A stretch of 64,000 nt of DNA from an uncultured Bacteroidaceae bacterium (GTDB taxonomy: Bacteria > Bacillota > Clostridia > Christensenellales > CAG-917), in NCBI GenBank assembly GCA_964637515.1, contig CAZWUI010000003.1, positions 46,087 to 110,086 of the forward strand. Reading direction: 5' to 3'. The stretch's first letter is position 1; each line of letters starts with the position of its first letter. The position numbers and the translations under genes were made by a program. This document shows positions 56,339 through 64,000 of this stretch, piece by piece. Under the pieces are notes generated by a model, which did no database searches, had not been told where the DNA came from, and saw nothing but the letters and a program-made list of their open reading frames with translations.

Positions 56339-56499
56339 TGAGAGTAGAGATAGAAAACAAACTATTTGAAGATAAAAAGCAAGCCTTGACTTGGCTTGCT
56401 TTTTGTCATTATCCCGCAGTTGTGAAAGCGGGCGGAGAAGAAATAACGTTCATATCTTTTCTTGACGCAAGCGAATATATCGAGAGTTTGTTTTCATAG
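56338..56499 (+). CDS. 53-aa hypothetical protein
   Basis: The ATG overlaps the preceding stop (TAATG) and is followed by terminator 56524-56552. No family signal. Confidence 0.3.
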   Translation: MRVEIENKLFEDKKQALTWLAFCHYPAVVKAGGEEITFISFLDASEYIESLFS

Positions 56500-56696
56500 T
56501 TTGGATAATCTCAAGAAAGAAAAAGCACTGCTTATGACGGTGCTTTTTTGCTTGTTTATTCCGTTATGGCGTCATGTTTAGATATATATACACCGCACTA
56601 TGATAGTGCGTACTTATACACGGCGGTTTTCATTCGAAATCGGTGCCAAAAATTATAAAAAATTGTTCGGTAACTAACTTTTTTGTGTTCAAACAG

Positions 56697-56725
56697 TTGA
56701 CAATGAATATGCATATGAATATCAT
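56697..56725 (+). promoter_or_regulatory. promoter of the MarR-ABC exporter operon
   Basis: ttgaca, 17-nt spacer, tatcat. Flanked by 15-nt direct repeats gttcggtaactaact (56665-56679) and gttcgtaaactaact (56729-56743). Confidence 0.5.
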
Positions 56726-56776
56726 ATAGTTCGTAAACTAACTAAACGCTGTATTACGTGCGTAAAGGACGGTGCG

Positions 56777-57226
56777 ATGGACAAAATCGTAGGTATGGAA
56801 ATCAAGTGCCTGAATAACCTGATAAGGAGATATTTCTGCTCGTCGTCGCTCATGAAAGAATGCGACAATTTGACGGGTATGCACGGGTTCATTTTGGATT
56901 ATCTTTTTGAAAAAACGAGCGAGGAGCAAGAAGTGTTTCAAAAGGATATAGAGAAGAGGTTTGACATCCGCAAAAGCACTGCGAGCGAAATCCTAAATCT
57001 CATGGAGAAAAACGGACTTATCGTGAGAGAGAGCGTGGACTATGACGGACGTTGCAAGAGAATCGTGTTGACGGACAAGGCAAACGAACTCTGCGCAAGG
57101 ATTGGCGAGCAGGTTGTGGACACCGAAAAAACGATCACGGACGGCGTGTCCGAAAAGGACATGAAAACCTTTTTCGACGTCATCGAGCAAATGAGGGCAA
57201 ACGTAGCAAAGAGTTTAGAACAATAA
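56777..57226 (+). CDS. MarR-family transcriptional regulator
   Basis: wHTH pattern (QKDIEKRFDIRKSTASEILNLMEKNGLIVRESVDYDGRCKRIVLT). Confidence 0.8.
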   Translation: MDKIVGMEIKCLNNLIRRYFCSSSLMKECDNLTGMHGFILDYLFEKTSEEQEVFQKDIEKRFDIRKSTASEILNLMEKNGLIVRESVDYDGRCKRIVLTDKANELCARIGEQVVDTEKTITDGVSEKDMKTFFDVIEQMRANVAKSLEQ

Positions 57227-57268
57227 CGAAAATCAAATTTCAGCGCGTCGCGCAGAAAAGGAACGTAT

Positions 57269-59143
57269 ATGGAAAAAGTGCAAAAACAAAAAAAATCCGA
57301 AGGTGCGGTGAGAAAACTGGCGTCTTGTATAGGGGAGTATAAAACCCCGTCCATACTTTGTGCCGTTCTCGTCGTATTCGAAGTCATTCTCGAAGTTTTG
57401 ATACCTCTCGTTATGGCGCAAGTCATCAACGTGGGACTCGTCGAAAACGCAACGGAATTTACGTTTATATTCGAGTTTGGCAAGATTGCAGAACCGATTT
57501 TCACGGTCTACAACAGAATTGAATTTATCTGCATATGCGGAGCAATCATCATCGTTATGGCGTTGGTTTCTCTCGCGTGCGGAATTTTGGCGGGCAAATT
57601 CGCGGCGGAAGCGTCGTCGGGATTTGCGTATAACGTCCGCGTGAAGATGATCAACAAAATCGAAAAATTCAGTTTTGCAAACCTCGATCACTTCAACACG
57701 GCAAGCATCGTGACTCGACTCACAACCGACGTCGGTTTCGTGCTTATGGCGTATATGACGATAATTCGTACTCTCGTCCGTTCGCCCATAATGCTCGTAC
57801 TTGCGCTCACGTCTGCAATCACGATAAATCCGCGTATGTCTATCGTATTTGCAGTGACTCTGCCCATCATCCTTATCGTGCTTCCCATCGGCGTAAAACT
57901 CATCTTCCCGAAATTCATGAAGATGCTCGACGAGTACGACGGCATGAACGAGTCCACCCAAGAAAACCTTACGGGTATCAGAGCGGTCAAGGCATTCGTC
58001 AGAGAGGATCACGAAACCGAGAAATTCCGCAAGGTCAGCGCAAGAGTTCAAAAACTCCAATTCGACGCGGAAAAATGGCTCGTTATCGCAATGCCTTTCT
58101 TGCAAATCATCATCTACGCAAGCATTCTCATTCTCGTGTGGGTTGGCGGAAACGAAATCATAGCCGGCAATATGCAAATCGGCTATCTCAGTTCGTTCTT
58201 GACCTATGTCATGCAAGTGTTCATGTCTCTTGCAATGGTGGCGATGGTGTTCGTAACGATCGTTATGTCTCGTGCGAGCGTACAACGTATAGTTGAAATC
58301 TACGACGAGAAGATCGACATCGAAGACGACGAAAACGCAACCGACGACGAAGTGGCAGACGGCTCTATCGATTTTGAAAACGTCAACTTCTCTTACAGCA
58401 AAAACCCCGACAATCTCAATATCGAGAACTTGAATTTGCACATCAAGTCGGGAGAGAGAATAGGTATACTCGGCGCAACGGGATCGGGCAAAACCACTCT
58501 CGTGCAACTTATCCCACGCCTATACGACGTGCTTGACGGCGAAGTCAAAGTGGGCGGAAGAAACGTCAAGGAATACAAGATCGAAAAACTTAGAGATTCG
58601 GTCGCAGTGGTCTTGCAAAAGAACGTTTTGTTCAGCGGTACGATAAGAGAGAATCTTCTCTGGGGCAACCCCGATGCAACGCAAGAACAAATCGAACACG
58701 CAACCAAAGTTGCACAAGCGCACGACTTCATCACGTCTTTCCCGAACGGCTATGAAACCGAACTCGGTCAGGGCGGTGTGAACGTGTCAGGCGGACAAAA
58801 ACAAAGGTTAAGTATAGCAAGAGCGTTGCTTAAACACCCGAAAGTTATGATTATGGACGACAGCACGTCCGCGGTCGATACCGCAACAGATGCGTCTATC
58901 AGAGCAGGTCTCAAGAACGAATTTGGCGACACGACCGTCATCATCATCGCACAACGCGTGGCGTCCGTCGAAGATGCGGATAGAATTATCCTTATGGAAA
59001 ACGGCAAGATTAAAGACATAGGCTCGCACGAAGAACTTATGGTGTCTAGCGAAACCTATTGCGACCTTTACAACTCGCAACAAAAGGGCGGCGGAGATTT
59101 CGACGTCGTCAGCGACAACAAAGGAGGTTCTGACAATGAGTAA
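57269..59143 (+). CDS. ABC exporter, fused permease/ATPase (heterodimer subunit 1)
   Basis: Six-TM type I exporter domain plus NBD (GATGSGKTT, VSGGQKQRLSIARAL, MIMDDSTSAVD). Confidence 0.85.
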   Translation: MEKVQKQKKSEGAVRKLASCIGEYKTPSILCAVLVVFEVILEVLIPLVMAQVINVGLVENATEFTFIFEFGKIAEPIFTVYNRIEFICICGAIIIVMALVSLACGILAGKFAAEASSGFAYNVRVKMINKIEKFSFANLDHFNTASIVTRLTTDVGFVLMAYMTIIRTLVRSPIMLVLALTSAITINPRMSIVFAVTLPIILIVLPIGVKLIFPKFMKMLDEYDGMNESTQENLTGIRAVKAFVREDHETEKFRKVSARVQKLQFDAEKWLVIAMPFLQIIIYASILILVWVGGNEIIAGNMQIGYLSSFLTYVMQVFMSLAMVAMVFVTIVMSRASVQRIVEIYDEKIDIEDDENATDDEVADGSIDFENVNFSYSKNPDNLNIENLNLHIKSGERIGILGATGSGKTTLVQLIPRLYDVLDGEVKVGGRNVKEYKIEKLRDSVAVVLQKNVLFSGTIRENLLWGNPDATQEQIEHATKVAQAHDFITSFPNGYETELGQGGVNVSGGQKQRLSIARALLKHPKVMIMDDSTSAVDTATDASIRAGLKNEFGDTTVIIIAQRVASVEDADRIILMENGKIKDIGSHEELMVSSETYCDLYNSQQKGGGDFDVVSDNKGGSDNE

Positions 59144-61046
59144 GAAAAAAGGTATGTTGAGTAGAACTCAAGTTGAGAACCCTATGGAAATTTTGCGTAG
59201 AATACTCAAATTGTATCTGCCGTATAAAGGACAAGTCATAATTGCGCTCGTGTGCTTGATTTTGAGCACTATCGCGACCGTCGCAGGCACTCTTATGCTC
59301 ACTCTCATCATCGACGGATATATCGAACCGTTGATGAACCACTCCGCCGACGTCACCATGGGCGGATTTGCTGCGATGATAGGGGTTATGGCGGTGATAT
59401 ACGCACTCGCGGCGGGGTTGCACTACGTGTTCAACTTCATATGCGTGAAGGTCACCACGAAGATTATGCAAGACGTGCGTGACGATATGTTCGCCAAAAT
59501 GCAAAAACTTCCCATCAAATTCTTCGACACTCACACCCACGGCGATTTGATGAGTTGCTACACCAATGACACGGACACTCTCCGCGAATTGTTGTCGAAC
59601 GCAGTGCCCAACCTCATCTCCAATGCACTTACCATGCTTGCGGTGTTCTGCGTGATGATGTACTATTCGTGGTTGCTCACCCTCATACTTCTCGTATCCA
59701 TTACAGCGATGACCTTCATCGTGAGATATATATCGGGCAAGTCGGGCAAACACTTCATGAACCAACACCGCGACTACGGCGCACTCGTCGGCTTTGTCGA
59801 AGAGCATATCGACGGTCTGAAAGTCGTCAAGGTATTCTGCCATGAAGATGCGGAAATCAAGGACTTTGACAGGTTCAACGCCCAACTCACCTACTCCAAC
59901 CGTAAAGGTCACACGTACGCAAACGTTCTTATGCCTACGATGAACAACTTGGGATACGCCAACTATGCGATAGTGGCAATCGTCGGCACGATATTCTGCT
60001 CACCTATCGGCATACCGTCCTTCCTTGCGATGACGGTCGGCAAACTTATCGGCTACGTGCAACTCACCAAGCAATTCAGCAACCCGCTCGGACAAATGGC
60101 GCAACAAGCAAACGTCATATTGCAAGCGATTGCAGGCGGAAAGCGTATATTCGAACTCGTCGACCAAACTCCCGAAGAAGACGACGGCTACGTCACTCTC
60201 GTCAACGCAAAGACCGACGAAAACGGCAATATCGTCGAATGCAAAGAGTATACCGGCGAATGGGCGTGGAAACACTTCCACAAGGCGACCAACACCACCA
60301 CCTATGTCAAATGGCAGGGTGAAGTCGAGTTTGAAGACGTGTCCTTCGGCTACGTGCCTGAAAAGACGGTTTTGAAGCATATCGACCTCATCGCACAACC
60401 CGGACAAAAAATTGCTCTCGTCGGCTCGACCGGCGCAGGTAAGACCACGATAACCAACCTTATCAACCGATTCTACGACATAAACGACGGCAAAATCCGC
60501 TACGACAACATCAATATCACCAAGATAAACAAAGATGATTTGCGTCATTCTATGGCAATGGTGTTGCAGGATACCCACTTGTTCACGGGCACCGTCAAGG
60601 ATAATATCCGTTTCGGCAAACTCGACGCAACCGATGAAGAAGTCTACGCGGCGGCAAAACTCGCAAATGCGGATTACTTCATATCCCACTTGCCCAACGG
60701 CTACGATACCGTCATCACCGGGGACGGCGCAAACCTCTCTCAAGGACAACGCCAACTTCTCGCAATCGCAAGAGCGGCGGTCGCCAATCCCCCCGTGCTC
60801 ATTCTCGACGAGGCAACGTCGTCAATCGACACCCACACCGAGAAACTTATCGAACAGGGTATGGATCAACTCATGCAAGGGAGAACGGTATTCGTGATAG
60901 CGCACAGATTGTCCACCGTACGCAATGCGGATATGATTTTGGTCATCGAAAACGGTGAGATCATCGAACGTGGCAACCACGACGAACTCATCGCACAAAA
61001 GGGCAGATATTACCGCCTTTACACCGGCTCGTTCGACCTCGAATAA
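59136..61046 (+). CDS. ABC exporter, fused permease/ATPase (heterodimer subunit 2)
   Basis: Six-TM domain plus NBD (GSTGAGKTT, LSQGQRQLLAIARA, LILDEATSSID). Overlaps subunit 1 by 8 nt. Confidence 0.85.
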   Translation: MSKKKGMLSRTQVENPMEILRRILKLYLPYKGQVIIALVCLILSTIATVAGTLMLTLIIDGYIEPLMNHSADVTMGGFAAMIGVMAVIYALAAGLHYVFNFICVKVTTKIMQDVRDDMFAKMQKLPIKFFDTHTHGDLMSCYTNDTDTLRELLSNAVPNLISNALTMLAVFCVMMYYSWLLTLILLVSITAMTFIVRYISGKSGKHFMNQHRDYGALVGFVEEHIDGLKVVKVFCHEDAEIKDFDRFNAQLTYSNRKGHTYANVLMPTMNNLGYANYAIVAIVGTIFCSPIGIPSFLAMTVGKLIGYVQLTKQFSNPLGQMAQQANVILQAIAGGKRIFELVDQTPEEDDGYVTLVNAKTDENGNIVECKEYTGEWAWKHFHKATNTTTYVKWQGEVEFEDVSFGYVPEKTVLKHIDLIAQPGQKIALVGSTGAGKTTITNLINRFYDINDGKIRYDNINITKINKDDLRHSMAMVLQDTHLFTGTVKDNIRFGKLDATDEEVYAAAKLANADYFISHLPNGYDTVITGDGANLSQGQRQLLAIARAAVANPPVLILDEATSSIDTHTEKLIEQGMDQLMQGRTVFVIAHRLSTVRNADMILVIENGEIIERGNHDELIAQKGRYYRLYTGSFDLE

Positions 61047-61067
61047 AATCAATATCAACCACAAATC

Positions 61068-61137
61068 AAAAACCGCTCTTCATCGAAAGAGCGGTTTTAA
61101 TTAACGAAGAAAAAATCACGACCGAAGTCGTGATTTT
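61068..61137. terminator. two back-to-back terminator hairpins between convergent genes
   Basis: aaaaccgctctt-catcga-aagagcggtttt (61068-61098) and aaaaatcacgac-cgaa-gtcgtgattttt (61111-61137). Confidence 0.75.
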
Positions 61138-61150
61138 TGTTTTCAGAATC

Positions 61151-62098
61151 TTACTCCCATTCGATGGTCGCAGGGGGTTTGGTGGTGCAGTCGTAGACGA
61201 CACGGTTGACTCCGTCGATTTGACTGATACGATTGCTTGCCGCGCGGATGACGGAGTAGGGGACTTCCGCCCAGTCTGCCGTGACTGCGTCGTGGGTGTT
61301 GATTGCACGGAGTGCGATCATATGACCGTAAAGTCTTTCGCCGTCTTTCACGCCGGTGGTGAGAGAGTCGTTGATGATTGCGAAATATTGCCAAATCTTG
61401 TCGCCAAGGCCTGCGTTTTCGATTTCTTCGCGGAAGATTGCGTCTGCTTCGCGGAGGATTTCGAGTTTTTCACGGGTGATTTCGCCTACGCAACGGACGC
61501 CGAGACCGGGACCGGGGAAGGGTTGACGATCAACGATGAAATCGGGGAGTCCGAGCGCTCTGCCGACTTCGCGAACTTCGTATTTGTAGAGATCGCGTAC
61601 GGGTTCGATAAGTCCTTCAAAACCGATGTTTTCGGGAAGACCGCCGACGTTGTGGTGGGATTTGACGAGCTTGTTTTTGCCGTCCGTACCGCTCTCGATA
61701 ATGTCGGGGAGAATGGTGCCTTGAGCAAGAAATTCGATTTGACCGAGTTTCTTTGCTTCGTCTTGGAATACGCGGATGAATTCGTCGCCGATGATCTTGC
61801 GTTTTTGTTCGGGATCGGTCACGCCCTTGAGTCTGTCAAGGAAGCGATCCTCTGCGTCGACTGCGATGAGGTTCATGCCGAATTGACCTTTGAAAACTTC
61901 TTGAACTTGCTCAAATTCGCCCTTGCGGAGAAGACCGTGATTGACGAATACGCAAACGAGAGATTCGGGAGCCGCCTTGTGAATGAGGGCTGCGCAGACC
62001 GAACTGTCGACACCGCCTGAAAGAGCGAGAAGGACGCGTTTGCCTTTGAGTTTTGCAGAAAGTTCTTCAAGTTGCTTCTCGATGAAGTTTTTGTCCAT
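61151..62098 (-). CDS. guaA: GMP synthase, ATP-pyrophosphatase and dimerisation domains only (no glutamine amidotransferase domain)
   Basis: PP-loop [26 protein letters not shown] and the canonical C-terminus KPPATIEWE. 315 aa from ATG 62098, preceded by AGGAGA. No GATase sequence on either side. Confidence 0.85.
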   Translation of the reverse strand: MDKNFIEKQLEELSAKLKGKRVLLALSGGVDSSVCAALIHKAAPESLVCVFVNHGLLRKGEFEQVQEVFKGQFGMNLIAVDAEDRFLDRLKGVTDPEQKRKIIGDEFIRVFQDEAKKLGQIEFLAQGTILPDIIESGTDGKNKLVKSHHNVGGLPENIGFEGLIEPVRDLYKYEVREVGRALGLPDFIVDRQPFPGPGLGVRCVGEITREKLEILREADAIFREEIENAGLGDKIWQYFAIINDSLTTGVKDGERLYGHMIALRAINTHDAVTADWAEVPYSVIRAASNRISQIDGVNRVVYDCTTKPPATIEWE

Positions 62099-62174
62099 AA
62101 GAAAATTCTCCTGTAAAATTTTGATTTCAGGAGAATTATACAACAAAAATTTGAGATAGACAACAATATGAATG

Positions 62175-63020
62175 CTAAAAATCGTTTGAGTGCGACAAAA
62201 AGTTTTTAGTTTTTTCGCTCTGCGGATTTTCAAAAACCTGATAGGGCGTGCCGTACTCTTCGATGACGCCGTCCGACATGAAGATGACCTTGTCCGCGAC
62301 GTTTCTTGCGAAGTCCATTTCGTGGGTGACGATGATCATCGTGCTATCAGCGCTTTTGAGACCTCTGATGACCTTCAAAACCTCACCCGTGAGTTCGGGA
62401 TCGAGAGCGGAAGTCGGCTCGTCGAAACAGAGAATATCGGGGGAGAGCGCAAGTGCGCGAGCGATTGCGATACGTTGTTGTTGACCGCCGCTGAGTTCGC
62501 AGGGGTATGCGTTTGCCCTGTCTTTCAGTCCGACTTTGTCAAGGAGAGCGTATGCTTTTTCGTCAAGTTCGGAATTTGCCTTTTTGCGCATATTGGACTT
62601 TAAGGAGCGTAGTTCTGACAGTTTAACTCCGCTTTTGCGCATTTCCTTGATTTTTGCGTTTATGTTTTCCTTGGCAATGAGTCCTGACGCCAGTCTGACG
62701 TTTTTGAACGCAGTCATGTGCGGAAACAGATTGAAAGATTGGAACACGAGTCCGAAGTGCAGTCTTTTTTTACGTATGCTTTCTGCGCTCTCTTTCTTGC
62801 CGTTTTTCTCGCCGTCGAACAGGACTTCGTCGTTGACTATGATTTGTCCTTCGTCAGCGGTTTCAAGGAAATTAAGGCAACGGAGTAGGGTGGTTTTTCC
62901 ACTTCCCGACGAGCCTATGATGACGACGACTTCACCCTTTTCTACGGTGAAATCAATACCTTTCAGCACTTCGACGTCGCCAAATTTTTTCTTTAAGTTT
63001 TTGACTTCGAGTATGGACAT
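62175..63020 (-). CDS. amino-acid ABC transporter ATP-binding protein with a ~30-aa insertion
   Basis: [33 protein letters not shown] and [11 protein letters not shown]. Extra K/S/E-rich segment between the Q-loop region and the signature. Confidence 0.85.
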   Translation of the reverse strand: MSILEVKNLKKKFGDVEVLKGIDFTVEKGEVVVIIGSSGSGKTTLLRCLNFLETADEGQIIVNDEVLFDGEKNGKKESAESIRKKRLHFGLVFQSFNLFPHMTAFKNVRLASGLIAKENINAKIKEMRKSGVKLSELRSLKSNMRKKANSELDEKAYALLDKVGLKDRANAYPCELSGGQQQRIAIARALALSPDILCFDEPTSALDPELTGEVLKVIRGLKSADSTMIIVTHEMDFARNVADKVIFMSDGVIEEYGTPYQVFENPQSEKTKNFLSHSNDF

Positions 63021-63021
63021 A

Positions 63022-63711
63022 TTACACCTTGTAGTAGCTTAATTTCTTCTCGATCCAGTTGAAAAGGAGAGTGAGTGCGCCGACGAATATCAGATAGAAC
63101 GCTCCCGAGTAGAATAACGGCCATATGAGAGCAGACGCCATGAGTTGTTCCGCTTTCATGATGAGTTCGCCGACCAGTATGACTCTTGACAGTGCCGTAT
63201 CCTTGACGAGGGTGATCACTTCGTTGGACATAGGGGGCATGATGCGCTTGAAAACTTGGGGAAGAACGACGTAGAAGAAGGTTTGAGTCTTGTTCATGCC
63301 AAGCACCTGTGCCGCCTCGTGTTGTCCGACGGATATACTTTGAATGCCGCCTCTGAATATCTCGGAGAAGTAGCAAGCGTAGTTGAAAGAGAACGCTATG
63401 ACGACGGCGATGAAACGCCCCATATCCTGCAAGCCGTAGTTCAAGATGAAGTAGGTGTCAACGCTTGCAAAGATATTGTTGTCCAAGAATCCCGGCACGT
63501 AGTAGATGATGAAAATTTGGAGCATAAGGGGGATTCCGCGGACGATCCACACGACGATTTTCGTGAAAACCGAAAGGGGTTTGAACTTGCTCATCGAACA
63601 GAAAGAGATGAGGAGTCCGAGGGGCAGAGAGAAAATCAACGTGAGTGCAAAAAGCAAACACGTGATTTTGAAACCGTCCAGCAGATATAAGGTTACTTCG
63701 CCGAAATTCAT
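63022..63711 (-). CDS. amino-acid ABC transporter permease
   Basis: Polytopic, with an EAA-like loop (GQHEAAQVLGMNKTQTFFYVVLPQV). Confidence 0.85.
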   Translation of the reverse strand: MNFGEVTLYLLDGFKITCLLFALTLIFSLPLGLLISFCSMSKFKPLSVFTKIVVWIVRGIPLMLQIFIIYYVPGFLDNNIFASVDTYFILNYGLQDMGRFIAVVIAFSFNYACYFSEIFRGGIQSISVGQHEAAQVLGMNKTQTFFYVVLPQVFKRIMPPMSNEVITLVKDTALSRVILVGELIMKAEQLMASALIWPLFYSGAFYLIFVGALTLLFNWIEKKLSYYKV

Positions 63712-63736
63712 AGTTTATCTCTCTTTTTCAGACATA

Positions 63737-64000
63737 TTAACCGTTGATTTGGTCGGAATAGTCGGTGATGACGGAAGTTTCGACACCGTATTTTTGTGCG
63801 AGTTCAAGGATGGTTCCGTCCGCCGCAAGTTCGACGAGTGCCGCATTGACTTTCGCGGTCAGGTCGCTACCTTTCTTGAAACCGATTGCGTAAAATTCAG
63901 ATTCGGATTTGAGTGCGTCGATCATCTTGAGTCCTGCATAGTCGCCCTTGCCGACGATGCTGTTTGCGAGTTGGAAGTCAACGACTGCATATGCCGCTGC
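63737..64000 (-). CDS. amino-acid ABC transporter substrate-binding protein (C-terminal part; 5' end beyond the window)
   Basis: The frame stays open to the window edge. C-terminal PBP type-2 pattern (YAIGFKKGSDLTAKVNAALVELAADGTILELAQKYG). Confidence 0.7.
   Translation of the reverse strand, partial: AAAYAVVDFQLANSIVGKGDYAGLKMIDALKSESEFYAIGFKKGSDLTAKVNAALVELAADGTILELAQKYGVETSVITDYSDQING

Noticed and set aside
62104-62137. A 10-bp perfect hairpin (aattctcctg / caggagaatt) whose 3' arm on the minus strand contains the guaA Shine-Dalgarno sequence. I considered it as a translational riboregulator.
   Set aside because: It is followed by a T-rich tract, so it most simply serves as the terminator of the upstream ABC operon. 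A ttgtct, 17-nt spacer, tataat promoter overlaps its 5' arm, so guaA-specific transcripts would lack the sequestering arm.
1-64000. I screened for CRISPR arrays, tRNA/rRNA genes, transposases, integrases, phage genes, restriction-modification systems and toxin-antitoxin or other defence systems.
   Set aside because: I found no direct-repeat/spacer arrays, no cloverleaf-like sequences apart from the tmRNA tRNA-like domain, and no ORFs with recombinase, nuclease or methylase signatures. The window looks like core chromosome.

Overview
Gene-dense 64-kb chromosomal segment that looks like a Gram-positive (Bacillota/Clostridia-type) bacterium using the standard code. Supporting signals are GGAGG-type RBSs, lipobox lipoproteins, cdaA and a split gcvPA/gcvPB. 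I call 57 protein-coding genes (one truncated at the right edge) and one tmRNA. I found no rRNA, tRNA, CRISPR array, integrase, transposase, phage or recognisable defence genes. The content is mostly housekeeping: ilvB-ilvH; two polar-amino-acid ABC importers; holA; cdaA; lysC; an acyl-CoA synthetase; uvrB-uvrA; a cadC-cadA metal-efflux pair; two paralogous MacB/FtsX-type fused ABC transporters; tcdA; dtd; ssrA; rlmA; pyrR-uracil permease-upp with an attenuator; a six-gene glycine-cleavage operon (lplA-lpdA-gcvT-gcvH-gcvPA-gcvPB); MarR plus a heterodimeric ABC exporter; and a GMP synthase consisting only of the ATP-pyrophosphatase half. I cannot point to a clear-cut new multi-gene system. The most unusual items readable directly from the sequence are these: (1) a family of dispersed intergenic repeat modules, including a 69-nt perfect palindrome and near-identical terminator modules behind unrelated genes; (2) two paralogous membrane-anchored wHTH-like miniproteins translationally coupled to uvrB; (3) cdaA without cdaR/glmM, flanked by unknown genes; (4) large insertions in the helical subdomain of both amino-acid ABC ATPases; (5) a stand-alone GuaA synthetase domain; (6) several perfect-consensus promoters carrying palindromic operators, plus probable leaderless mRNAs. 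All functional calls rest on motifs recognised by eye, because no database search was possible.
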